From an archaeon (GTDB lineage Archaea > Nanobdellota > Nanobdellia > SCGC-AAA011-G17 > GW2011-AR17): DNA of 64,000 nt. How positions within the stretch are numbered: position 1 is the first letter of the stretch; the number at the start of each line of letters is the position of its first letter. The stretch is taken from contig JABHYY010000021.1 of assembly GCA_018653605.1 (NCBI GenBank), forward strand, positions 4,329 through 68,328, written 5' to 3'. Below, one piece after another: positions 55,017 through 64,000 of this stretch. Position numbers and translations under genes: made by a program. Below the pieces are notes generated by a model. It saw nothing but the letters and a program-made list of their open reading frames with translations, did not search any database and was not told where the DNA came from.

Positions 55017-55351
55017 AAGATAGTAAAATTTATTTGAAACATATTCTAGAATCTATTGAAATGATTGAATATTTTACTAAAGGTTTGAATAAAAAGGAAT
55101 TCTTAGATAAGCCTGAAAAACAAGATGCTGTTGTTAGGAGGATTGAAATAATTGGTGAAGCTGTCAAAAATATTCCTATCTCTTTAAAACATAAGCATTC
55201 AGAAATCTCATGGAGAGAAATTGCTGGAACAAGAGATGTTCTTATTCATTCTTATTTTAGTGTAGATTATGATTTAGTTTGGAATATTGTTAGAAAAGAT
55301 CTTCCTAGATTAAAAAAAGCGATACAGAGAATATTAGATAATTCTAACTAA
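55013..55351 (+). CDS. HepT/DUF86 HEPN RNase toxin
   Basis: DAVVRRIEIIGEA and RDVLIHSY motifs; ATGA overlap with the MNT gene. Confidence 0.92.
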   Translation: MKDSKIYLKHILESIEMIEYFTKGLNKKEFLDKPEKQDAVVRRIEIIGEAVKNIPISLKHKHSEISWREIAGTRDVLIHSYFSVDYDLVWNIVRKDLPRLKKAIQRILDNSN

Positions 55352-55393
55352 ATAACAGAAATCTTTTTTAATGATTAATGCTGTGGTATCAAG

Positions 55394-55783
55394 ATGCAAG
55401 TGAATTTTAGCTTTGATAGTGAAAAAGAAGATGTTGATGAATTAAAGAAATTATATTCTTGGTTAGGTGAGTTAATTGCAAAAAGAGATAGTGCTCCTGT
55501 TCCTCAACCTGTGCAACAAAGTGTACCTCAGCCTGTGCAACAAAGTGCTCCAGTTAGTACTAAGTTGAATCCAAATGAGGGTGGTGCAAGTGGTGGATGG
55601 CCTCCAAGGTATTCTGAACCTAATATTGGCAAGCCTATAGAACCTGTGCAAGAAAGTGCTCCTACCCCAGAGAATAAAGAAGAAAAGAAAAAACCTTCTA
55701 GAACTGCTGGTGGTTGTCGAGTTATTGAGTATGATAAAGAAGTAGAGAATGTTGTTTCTAATCTTTTTGGTCGAAGAAGATAG
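55394..55783 (+). CDS. hypothetical protein with Pro/Gln-rich linker
   Basis: Duplicated PQPVQQS segment. Confidence 0.65.
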   Translation: MQVNFSFDSEKEDVDELKKLYSWLGELIAKRDSAPVPQPVQQSVPQPVQQSAPVSTKLNPNEGGASGGWPPRYSEPNIGKPIEPVQESAPTPENKEEKKKPSRTAGGCRVIEYDKEVENVVSNLFGRRR

Positions 55784-55815
55784 TTTTATAAAAGATCTAT
55801 TTTTTCCCTAAACGA

Positions 55816-56451
55816 ATGGTTACTAATCTAAACTCTGATTCAGGGTTATCAGGTGAACAAGCTATTGCTTTGATCCATGTTAGAAGGCATGGTAAAAGGT
55901 TAGTTGATACTCGTACTGATATTGCTGAAATGTACCCTAATAAAGGATATCAAGAGATTGCAGAGGAAGTTTTGCCATATCTTTTTTCTAAATACCCTGA
56001 TGTTGCACAAAGAGCTGTTGCTTATGCTATGAGACAACTAGTTCCAAGAGAAGAATTAAAAGAAAGAACTAAAACTTTTTTAGGAAATCGTCTTGAAAAA
56101 ATGGTGGAAACCAAATATGGGAAAGAAGGATTTAAAAGTGAAGGTTTTAGTAAACAATGTCAAATGGCTGCTACAAGAAGGCATGAGTTACATGGTGTAG
56201 ATACTGATGCTATGATTCTAGCAAGAGGAAGAGTTCCTTGGAAAACTGAAGAAAAAATGTATGGAGCAGAAATTGCTGTACAAGATGCATATGTTCGTCA
56301 ATCAGGCAGATGGGAAGGGTGTACAAATTATGAATTAGTAGCAGAAGATTTGAATAGAGTTTGGCATGATGGCAAACCTGTTAGGTCGGAAATATCTGCA
56401 AAGGGTACAATTAGACCATACTTGTTGAGTCTTAGAAGAGAAGGATTATAA
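55816..56451 (+). CDS. hypothetical protein
   Basis: 211-aa ORF. Confidence 0.6.
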   Translation: MVTNLNSDSGLSGEQAIALIHVRRHGKRLVDTRTDIAEMYPNKGYQEIAEEVLPYLFSKYPDVAQRAVAYAMRQLVPREELKERTKTFLGNRLEKMVETKYGKEGFKSEGFSKQCQMAATRRHELHGVDTDAMILARGRVPWKTEEKMYGAEIAVQDAYVRQSGRWEGCTNYELVAEDLNRVWHDGKPVRSEISAKGTIRPYLLSLRREGL

Positions 56452-57459
56452 TTCTTGACTTTCAATTTCAAACTCATCATATGTAGCAAGATCTTCAACA
56501 ATCTCTGGTCTTAGATTCATTTTTTTAAGATGTTTTGCAAATTTTTTAATATCGTGCCTTTTGCATAGAAGTCTAGGTTTTACTTTGTCTTTGTAGGTTT
56601 TGAACTTTAGTTTTTTTACCTGTTCTAGATTATCTCCATAAATTGCTCCTCTGATTAAAGTTCCTTCACCAGTCAAAATATCATACTCTTGCCTTACATT
56701 TTTTGCTCTTAGTTTTATTCTGTTCATCATTTGAACTGAATCTTTTAGTTTGGTTGTACAGTAGTGCATTTTCTTTTCAGGGAATGCTTCTAAAAGTTCT
56801 AGTGCAAACTCTTCTGAACCTTTGATACCATAAGAAAGTTCATCTCTTGTTTCATAGCCTAATTCTGCTAACTTGTTATGTTTTGCATCTGCATATTCAA
56901 GTTCATTTAGGTTGATGAAATCTACTTCTATGCTTTTGATTAATTTTTTAATATCTTTTTTTGGAATTACTGGAATTTCTATTCCTTTTGACATTGTTGT
57001 TTTAATGTTAACTTTTTTCCAGAGTTTGTTATCATCTAAGTCAGGGTGAAATCTGATTTCATCCAAACCTGCCTGTTCTAATTTTTTTATTGTTTTTTCA
57101 TCAACCAGGTCTAATGGTGTGTATAAGTGAATGTGAAAATGTGTTCCAAATTCTTTTTTTAGAAGTTTAATTATTTGTATTGTTCTGTCAAGTTTAGTTA
57201 AAGGATCTCCTCCTGTTAAACCTACACCTTTAGATGAGCAGAGTTTTGCTTCTGTTACAATATCTTTGAGGTCTTCAATTGGTCTTTCATTTGCATAGAT
57301 CACATCCTTGTGAAACTTTTTTTCTGATAAAGGACAGAAGTAGCAGGATTTAGTGCAAACACCTGTTACGAAGACCACTGTTTTCTTTCCCTTTACACAG
57401 AGTTCGCATCCTCTTGGAAGTTTGCCATTTGAATAGGATTTAAATTTTGTTTTTTCCAT
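56446..57459 (-). CDS. radical SAM protein (COG2108-like)
   Basis: CTKSCYFC cluster motif, GGDP, DEIRFH and NLNELE. Confidence 0.9.
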   Translation of the reverse strand: MEKTKFKSYSNGKLPRGCELCVKGKKTVVFVTGVCTKSCYFCPLSEKKFHKDVIYANERPIEDLKDIVTEAKLCSSKGVGLTGGDPLTKLDRTIQIIKLLKKEFGTHFHIHLYTPLDLVDEKTIKKLEQAGLDEIRFHPDLDDNKLWKKVNIKTTMSKGIEIPVIPKKDIKKLIKSIEVDFINLNELEYADAKHNKLAELGYETRDELSYGIKGSEEFALELLEAFPEKKMHYCTTKLKDSVQMMNRIKLRAKNVRQEYDILTGEGTLIRGAIYGDNLEQVKKLKFKTYKDKVKPRLLCKRHDIKKFAKHLKKMNLRPEIVEDLATYDEFEIESQEL

Positions 57460-58839
57460 TTACTTTTTCTTCCATCTTGGACCTGAAGCAGTATCCTCAA
57501 CAATATAACCTTTTTTTAGAAGTTTGTCTCTTATTTGGTCAGACTTTTTCCAATCTTTCTTAAACCTTGCATCTTCCCTTTGTGTGATTAACTCTTCAAT
57601 CTCTCTAGGTAATTTTTCAAGTTGGATTAGATCCAAGTTTAGTCCTAAAACTCTGTCAAATTCTAAAATGATCTGGTATTTTTTTAAGTTTGATATTTTT
57701 TCATTCTTTAACATCTCCCAGACTGCAGCTAATGCTTTGGGCATGTTTAAGTCATCATTGATTGCTGTTTGAAAATCTTCAATATATTTCTCTACATTTT
57801 CTTCTTTGCCTTCTTTAGGTTGCTCTAGCATTTCTAGGATTTTATTTTGTAATTTTTTTAGTGCATTTGCAGCACCATCTAAAGATTCAAATGAAAATGT
57901 TAAAGGTTTTCTGTATTGTGTTGTTAAACAAAGGTATCTGAAAGCTAATGGATCATAACCTTTCTTTATTAACTTGTTCAAAGTTAAAAAACCACCTTTT
58001 GATTTTGACATTTTTTCTTTGTCCAGGATTAAAAATTCTCCATGTAACCAATACTTAACCCAAGGAGTTTTTCCAAAACAAGCTTCTGATTGTGCAATTT
58101 CATTTGTGTGATGTACAGGGATATGGTCGATACCACCTGTATGAATGTCAAATTGTTTTCCTAAATACTTTGAGGACATTGCTGAACACTCCAAGTGCCA
58201 GCCAGGGTATCCTTCACCATAATCTGATTTCCATTTCATCTCTTGATCTTTAAATTTTGATTTTGTAAACCATAGTACAAAGTCATGTTTATTTTTCTTG
58301 TTTGGATCTTTTTCAACTCTTGACTTTGTTTCTGCATTAAGATCTAATCTTGCAAGCTTTCCATAATCTTTTAATTTTGAAGTGTTAAAGTAAACATTTC
58401 CTCCTGCTTGATATGTGAAACCTTTTTTTTCTAAAGTTTTAATCATGTCAATTTGTTCTTTGATATGATCAGTTGCTTTAGGCCATTCATCAGGTTCAAT
58501 TATTGCTAAGTTTTTTAGATCTTTTTTGAACTCTTCTGTGTAGAATTCTGCAATTTCCCAAACTGTCTTTTTTTCTCTTTTTGCTCCTTTAAGCATTTTG
58601 TCTTCACCTTCATCTTGATCTGAAGTTAGGTGTCCGACATCTGTTATGTTCATTACATGTTTAACTTTGTAATTATTGAATAAAAGAACTCTTTTTAGAA
58701 TATCATTGAATATGTAAGTTCTAAGATTACCAATATGAGCATAGTTGTATACAGTTAATCCACAAGCATAGAATCCAACTGTTTTTTTGATAGGAGCAAA
58801 AGTTTCCTTTTTCTTGCTCATGGTATTGTATAATTGCAT
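57460..58839 (-). CDS. cysS: cysteine--tRNA ligase
   Basis: CGLTVY..HIGN, GWHLEC, GGIDH..HH and KMSKS motifs. Confidence 0.97.
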   Translation of the reverse strand: MQLYNTMSKKKETFAPIKKTVGFYACGLTVYNYAHIGNLRTYIFNDILKRVLLFNNYKVKHVMNITDVGHLTSDQDEGEDKMLKGAKREKKTVWEIAEFYTEEFKKDLKNLAIIEPDEWPKATDHIKEQIDMIKTLEKKGFTYQAGGNVYFNTSKLKDYGKLARLDLNAETKSRVEKDPNKKNKHDFVLWFTKSKFKDQEMKWKSDYGEGYPGWHLECSAMSSKYLGKQFDIHTGGIDHIPVHHTNEIAQSEACFGKTPWVKYWLHGEFLILDKEKMSKSKGGFLTLNKLIKKGYDPLAFRYLCLTTQYRKPLTFSFESLDGAANALKKLQNKILEMLEQPKEGKEENVEKYIEDFQTAINDDLNMPKALAAVWEMLKNEKISNLKKYQIILEFDRVLGLNLDLIQLEKLPREIEELITQREDARFKKDWKKSDQIRDKLLKKGYIVEDTASGPRWKKK

Positions 58840-58892
58840 ATTATTAATTTAGAAGTTGAGATATATAAAATTAACTAAAAAAAATAAAAAAA

Positions 58893-59420
58893 TTATTCGA
58901 TCTGTACGATCAAAGTTTTTGTTTGTTGTCCTTCTTCTAGACCACTAATGTCAATCTTACAACCATAGTTACCTAAAGATGAACCTTGATCTTCAACAAT
59001 AACACCAATTTCTACACCATTTCCAGAATTTAATGTGTATGAAGCTGATTCTCCTTCAAAAGTATCTTGAAACACACAAACTAATTTACTTGTATCAGCA
59101 CCACTCATACCAATTGGAGCAACACTGGCCTGTACTATGAGCCCATCACTCTGCCCCAGATTATTTATTATCAAACTGGCTGTTTCAGAATCTCCTTGCT
59201 CTAAACCTATTTGACTTGGTGAAAGCCCAACAATTTCATCTGTTCCACCAAAAATCTCTGCAATTTCACCTTCACCTCTTTCAAATGCGCCTTCAGTTAA
59301 ACTTCCTACATCAGTAAATACACTTCTAATCCACACTAAACCAAGTGAAAGAATAGTAATACCTATTACAATAATAATAATTGTAGTCATAGAAAGTTCT
59401 ACTGCACCTTTTTTATCCAT
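58893..59420 (-). CDS. type IV pilin-like protein (class III signal peptide)
   Basis: MDKKG-AVELS plus hydrophobic helix; GAGGTGA SD. Confidence 0.8.
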   Translation of the reverse strand: MDKKGAVELSMTTIIIIVIGITILSLGLVWIRSVFTDVGSLTEGAFERGEGEIAEIFGGTDEIVGLSPSQIGLEQGDSETASLIINNLGQSDGLIVQASVAPIGMSGADTSKLVCVFQDTFEGESASYTLNSGNGVEIGVIVEDQGSSLGNYGCKIDISGLEEGQQTKTLIVQIE

Positions 59421-59555
59421 TTTATTATCACCTCTTGAATATTATTGATTATTATAGGGTTGTTTTGTTTTAAATAGTTTTTCATAATTTCAAAAGAAAG
59501 CTTTATAAAGAGAAGATGTCCCGCTCTGTTAAAAATTAAAAGGAGATTAATATAA

Positions 59556-59939
59556 ATGGGATATGTAGGAAAAGCACTAGTTGTTGATGATGATATAACA
59601 TTGGCAAACACTATTGGAGACCAAATAGGGTTCATGGGAATTGAACCAAATGTAAGACTTTCTGCTAGAGAAGGTTTAGAGTATTGGGCACAGGATGGAG
59701 AGACTGGATATGTAGTAACAGATCTTCAAATGCCTGGAATGGATGGTTTAGATTTTATTAGAGAATTAAGAGCACAAGGCTATGAAGGAAAAGCAATTCT
59801 TATTAGTGGATCAATTGATCTTAGAGAGATTGTTGAAAGAAGAGTTAGATTACAACCATCATGTAAGCCTGATGCAGTTGTTGAAAAACCTTTTAGATTT
59901 GGTGATCTACAACGAACATTAGTAGATGTTAGTAAATAA
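59556..59939 (+). CDS. stand-alone response-regulator receiver
   Basis: VVDDD, TDLQMPGMDG, ISG and KPF motifs. Confidence 0.9.
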   Translation: MGYVGKALVVDDDITLANTIGDQIGFMGIEPNVRLSAREGLEYWAQDGETGYVVTDLQMPGMDGLDFIRELRAQGYEGKAILISGSIDLREIVERRVRLQPSCKPDAVVEKPFRFGDLQRTLVDVSK

Positions 59940-60030
59940 ATTTTTATTATTTTTCTTTATAATTTTTTTCTTAAAATAAAAAACTTTAAAAAGCATGTAA
60001 TCTAAAAACTTTAGTGGAGGGACTTTTTAA

Positions 60031-63000
60031 ATGACATTAATTAAGAGCTTAACATGCAAAGGATTCAAATCATTTGCAAAAAGAACAGAGATTCCTCTAT
60101 TAGAAGGCTATAATTGTGTTATTGGTTCTAATGGTTCTGGTAAGTCCAATCTTTCTGATGCTATTTGTTTTGTTCTGGGTAAAATGTCTGCAAAAGGACT
60201 TAGAGCTGAAAAGTCTGCAAACTTAATCTTTCATGGTGGGAAAAAAGGAAGTCCTGCTAAAGAAGCTGAAGTTAGTATTGTATTTGATAATAATAAAAAA
60301 ATCTTTCCTACGGATGCAAAGGATGTTGAAATTAAAAGGACTGTTAAGAAAACAGGTCAAAGCACATATAGAATTAATGGTAAAGTTCATTCAAGACAGC
60401 AAGTTGTTGATCTTCTAGCACATGCCAAAATTAACCCTGATGGACATAACATTGTTTTGCAAGGTGACATTATTAGATTCACTGATATGAAAACTGTTGA
60501 AAGAAGAGAGATTATTGAAGACATTGCTGGGATTTCAATGTTTGAGGATAAAAAACATAAATCTATGAACGAACTGAACAAAGTTCAAGAAAAATTAAAT
60601 GAAGCTGATATTATTCTTACTGAAAGAGAAAAAACTTTACAGGATTTGAAAAAGGATAGAGACCAGGCTTTGAATTATAAAAGGTTTGAAAAAGATATCA
60701 AAAGAAATAAAGCTACTAGAGTTAATTTGGTTCTAAAAGATAAATCATCTAAATTAGATGAGGTTAAGAAAAAGTTTGATTCTTATGAAACTGAGATTTC
60801 TAAATTTAACAAAGAGATTGATTCAATTAAAGCTGAGATTAATGAGAAGAAAAAAAGAATTACTGATATTAATCATGAGTTAAGAGATAAAGGTGATAAG
60901 AGACAAAGGGAATTGGCTAAAGAGATTGAGGGTATTAAAACTGAAGTTATTAAATCTAATTCTAGGAAAGATGTTCTTGAGAATGAGTTGAGGAAGTTAA
61001 AAGAAAGGAAGTTTAGTTTGATTAAGGATGTTAAGGAGTTGGGAAGGAATGTTGAGAAATTTGCAAAGGAGAAGGAAATCCTTACTAAAGAGAATAAAAT
61101 CTTGATTAGTAAAGAAAATGTTTTAGAGAGTGATATTTCTAATTATAAGAAAGATAATGGTATTGAAGATAAAGAAGACTTGTCTAAAGGTGTTGAAGAG
61201 TTAGAAGTTAGGATTGATGATAAACAAAGACAGTTACATGATGCTGACAATAAAAGGATGGAGTTGCTTAGGGAAAAGGATAAGTTGAGTTTTAAAGTTG
61301 ATGATGCTTCTGAAAGGTTGAAAAAAATAAAAGATCAAAACAAAGAAGAGGTTGTTAAGCTTAAGAAGAATAGAGATGAGTTTGTTGAAGTTACAAAGAA
61401 ATTAAGTCAATCTTTGAATGAGAGTAGTGTTTTTGCTGTACAATTGTCAACTGCGAGAGAAAAGTTGATGGATTCTGGAGATGAGATGGCTAAGTTGAAA
61501 GCTCGTAGTATTGGAATCAGAGAGATGAATGCTGGTGATAGAGGTGTACAAAAAATTAAATCAATGAATCTTGAAGGTGTGCATGGTACTGTTGCTGAGT
61601 TAGCTGAAGTTCCAAGTGAGTATGCTATGGCACTTGAGGTTGCTGCTGGTTCAAGAATTAGAAGTGTTGTTGTATCATCTGATTTGGTTGGTTCTCAATG
61701 TATTAAGGCTTTGAAAGAGAGCAAGCAAGGAGTTGCTACATTTTTACCTTTGAATAAATTAAGAGAAAGAAAGATTGATAGAGCTTTCTTAAAAAGACCA
61801 GGTGTACATGGTTTGGCAATGGATCTTGTTAAACACCAAACAAAGTTTAAGAAAGTGTTTAATTATGTTTTTGGTGGAACTGTTGTTGTTGATGATTTGA
61901 GTGTTGCTCGAAAGTTGGGTATTGGTAGTGTTAGGATGGTTACACTTGATGGTGATGTTGTTGAAGTTTCTGGTGCAATGGTTGGTGGTCATAGAAGGAA
62001 GACTGGTTATGGGTTTAAAGAGAAAGAAGTTAATTCTGGAATGGTTAGGTTGGAGAAAGATATTGTTAGACTAGAAGATACTGTTAACCTTCTTGAGAAA
62101 AAGAAGATGGATAATGATAGAGAGATTATTTCTTTGAGGGAAAGGAAAGCTGTTCTTGAAGCTGAGATAAAAGTTTCTAAGGTGTCTGAAGAAGAGTTGG
62201 ATGGATTGGAAGGGAGTAAAAAAGATTCTTCTGGAAGATTAAAAGAAGTTAGTAAGGAATTGAATGATTTTGAACAGGATGTTGGTGATATTAATATTGA
62301 GATGGAACAATTGAAGAAAGATAGACAAGAATTAAGAGAAAAGTTGATTAAGTTTACTAGTTCTGAATTTAATAATGAGTTGGAGAAGTTTGAAAATAAA
62401 AGGATTGGTGTAAAAGAGAATATAATTAAAAATGAATCTGAGATTGGTGCTTTAGGTAATCAAATTGCATTGTATGATAAAGAAAAAGATAAAGCTGAAA
62501 CAATTTTGAAAGGAAATGAAAAAGATTTTGTAGATTTTACAGAAGAGTTGGAACAATTGAAAGCTGACTTGTCTTCTAATAAAGAAGTTTTGAAATTGAA
62601 AGAGCAAAATCAAAGGAAATTCTATGCTGAGTATAAAGGTATGTTTAATGAAAGGACAAAGATGGAGAAAGGTGTGACTAGGTTGGATGGTTCTTTTGTA
62701 AGGAATCAAGAAAGAGTGAGATCTGTTGAAGGAAGGAAGAATGATGTTTCTATTAGGAAGGCTGTACTTGCTGGTGAGGTTGAAGGGTTGAATAAGGAAA
62801 TGGAGCAGTATGAAGGTGTACAGTTTAGAAGAGGTGTTGGGTTGGATCAGTTGAATGTTGAGATAAGGAATTTTGAAAATAGTTTGCGTAGCATGGGTAA
62901 TGTTAATCTTCGTGCTTTGGAAATTTATGAAAATGTTCATGAAGAGTATCAGAAATTGTTAGATAGGTATGAACAGTTGAAAGTTGAGAAGGAAGATGTG

Positions 63001-63480
63001 CTTGGTTTGATTTATGAAATTGATTCTAAAAAGAAGGATTGTTTTATGAAAACTTTTAAGTTGCTTGAAAGAAATTTTAAGGAGATCTTTTCTACATTAA
63101 CTAAGGTTGGTGAGGCAGAGTTGGTTATTGAAAATCCTGATGATATCTTTGATGGAGGAATTGGAGTTAGAGTTAAAATTTCTGGTTCAAAGTATGTTGA
63201 CATGAAAAGTTTGTCTGGTGGTGAGAAATCATTAACTGCACTTTCATTTATTTTTGCAATCCAAGAGTTTGAACCTTCATGGTTCTATTTGCTTGATGAG
63301 GTTGATGCTGCACTTGATAAAAGAAATTCTGAGTTGTTGTCTAAACTGATTGCAAAGTATTCAAATGGTTCACAGTATTTGGTTATTTCGCATAATGATG
63401 CTGTAATCTCTGAAGCAAATGCAATTTATGGTATGTCAATGCAGAATGGTGTTTCTAAAGTTGTTAGTTTGAAGATTTAG
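60031..63480 (+). CDS. smc: chromosome segregation protein SMC
   Basis: GSNGSGKSN, hinge region, LSGGE and LLDEVD motifs; long coiled coils. Confidence 0.97.
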   Translation: MTLIKSLTCKGFKSFAKRTEIPLLEGYNCVIGSNGSGKSNLSDAICFVLGKMSAKGLRAEKSANLIFHGGKKGSPAKEAEVSIVFDNNKKIFPTDAKDVEIKRTVKKTGQSTYRINGKVHSRQQVVDLLAHAKINPDGHNIVLQGDIIRFTDMKTVERREIIEDIAGISMFEDKKHKSMNELNKVQEKLNEADIILTEREKTLQDLKKDRDQALNYKRFEKDIKRNKATRVNLVLKDKSSKLDEVKKKFDSYETEISKFNKEIDSIKAEINEKKKRITDINHELRDKGDKRQRELAKEIEGIKTEVIKSNSRKDVLENELRKLKERKFSLIKDVKELGRNVEKFAKEKEILTKENKILISKENVLESDISNYKKDNGIEDKEDLSKGVEELEVRIDDKQRQLHDADNKRMELLREKDKLSFKVDDASERLKKIKDQNKEEVVKLKKNRDEFVEVTKKLSQSLNESSVFAVQLSTAREKLMDSGDEMAKLKARSIGIREMNAGDRGVQKIKSMNLEGVHGTVAELAEVPSEYAMALEVAAGSRIRSVVVSSDLVGSQCIKALKESKQGVATFLPLNKLRERKIDRAFLKRPGVHGLAMDLVKHQTKFKKVFNYVFGGTVVVDDLSVARKLGIGSVRMVTLDGDVVEVSGAMVGGHRRKTGYGFKEKEVNSGMVRLEKDIVRLEDTVNLLEKKKMDNDREIISLRERKAVLEAEIKVSKVSEEELDGLEGSKKDSSGRLKEVSKELNDFEQDVGDINIEMEQLKKDRQELREKLIKFTSSEFNNELEKFENKRIGVKENIIKNESEIGALGNQIALYDKEKDKAETILKGNEKDFVDFTEELEQLKADLSSNKEVLKLKEQNQRKFYAEYKGMFNERTKMEKGVTRLDGSFVRNQERVRSVEGRKNDVSIRKAVLAGEVEGLNKEMEQYEGVQFRRGVGLDQLNVEIRNFENSLRSMGNVNLRALEIYENVHEEYQKLLDRYEQLKVEKEDVLGLIYEIDSKKKDCFMKTFKLLERNFKEIFSTLTKVGEAELVIENPDDIFDGGIGVRVKISGSKYVDMKSLSGGEKSLTALSFIFAIQEFEPSWFYLLDEVDAALDKRNSELLSKLIAKYSNGSQYLVISHNDAVISEANAIYGMSMQNGVSKVVSLKI

Positions 63481-64000
63481 AATTTATTCCAATTAAAATG
63501 TCACCTAAATTTTCTATTATCTTTTTTTGCTCTTGTTCATCAGAAGTTGTCCAGTTAATGAACCTGTGAGCATTGCTCCTGCTTGCTAGTACATGTCTCT
63601 GGTACATTGGTATCACTGTTGTTCTAATTTGTCTTTCTACATCTTCAGGAGATCTTCCTCTTTCTTCAACATCTCTCATTCTTCTTCTAGCTAAAGCAAC
63701 ATTCTCTAGAGTTGAGACAAAAAGTCTAGAAGTGTAATATCTCAAAAGATCTTGGTTTACACCTGGACCAGAAAAGAGTGCGTAAAGACCTTCTACAAAA
63801 ACAACATCTAAATCTGCTTCAACAGGGATTTTATCACCTGGATGGCTGTGTGTTTCAAAATCATATCTTTCATAATCAAAAGCCCTACCTGACCTTAAAT
63901 TTGCTAGGATTCCTCTCATCTCTGAGAAATTAAGACAGTCAGGATGGTCATAGTTTTTGATGGGATCAAAACAAAGCTCTCTCCTTTGTTCTTCTGAAAG
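63464..64000 (-). CDS. udk: uridine kinase (5' truncated by window edge)
   Basis: Frame is open to the window end (NYDHPD); YDFETHS, VEGLYAL and VIPMYQRHV motifs. Confidence 0.85.
   Translation of the reverse strand, partial: LSEEQRRELCFDPIKNYDHPDCLNFSEMRGILANLRSGRAFDYERYDFETHSHPGDKIPVEADLDVVFVEGLYALFSGPGVNQDLLRYYTSRLFVSTLENVALARRRMRDVEERGRSPEDVERQIRTTVIPMYQRHVLASRSNAHRFINWTTSDEQEQKKIIENLGDILIGINSKSSN

Noticed and set aside
54723-55351. MntA-HepT pair as a novelty
   Set aside because: Textbook, very common archaeal TA module.

Overview
AT-rich archaeal chromosome segment, most consistent with a DPANN lineage (Woesearchaeota/Nanobdellota-like; an inference from gene content). Housekeeping genes: split rpoH-B''-B'-A'-A''-eL30-nusA operon, uS12/uS7, uL16/eL33, tfe, endA, rnz, RNase J, alaS, cysS, ftsZ, smc and four tRNAs (Ser-GCT, Trp-CCA, Lys-TTT, and Asp-GTC with a T-loop intron). 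Between them lie many short accessory genes. Main points of interest: (1) an amino-acid racemase plus three ATP-grasp ligases converging on a C45 Ntn-hydrolase, a candidate D-amino-acid peptide pathway; (2) a signal-peptide protein that looks like a bacterial Omp85-type beta-barrel; (3) a YaiW/DUF1615 lysozyme-like gene followed by a run of exported proteins; (4) a formyltransferase whose start seems to need a frameshift, at a site built like the prfB +1 site but with a Trp codon, downstream of tRNA-Trp; (5) a PARP-like ADP-ribosyltransferase candidate; (6) a tandem operator shared by two unrelated toxin-type genes. No CRISPR array, rRNA, integrase or transposase was seen. All family assignments come from motif recognition by eye; no database searches were run.
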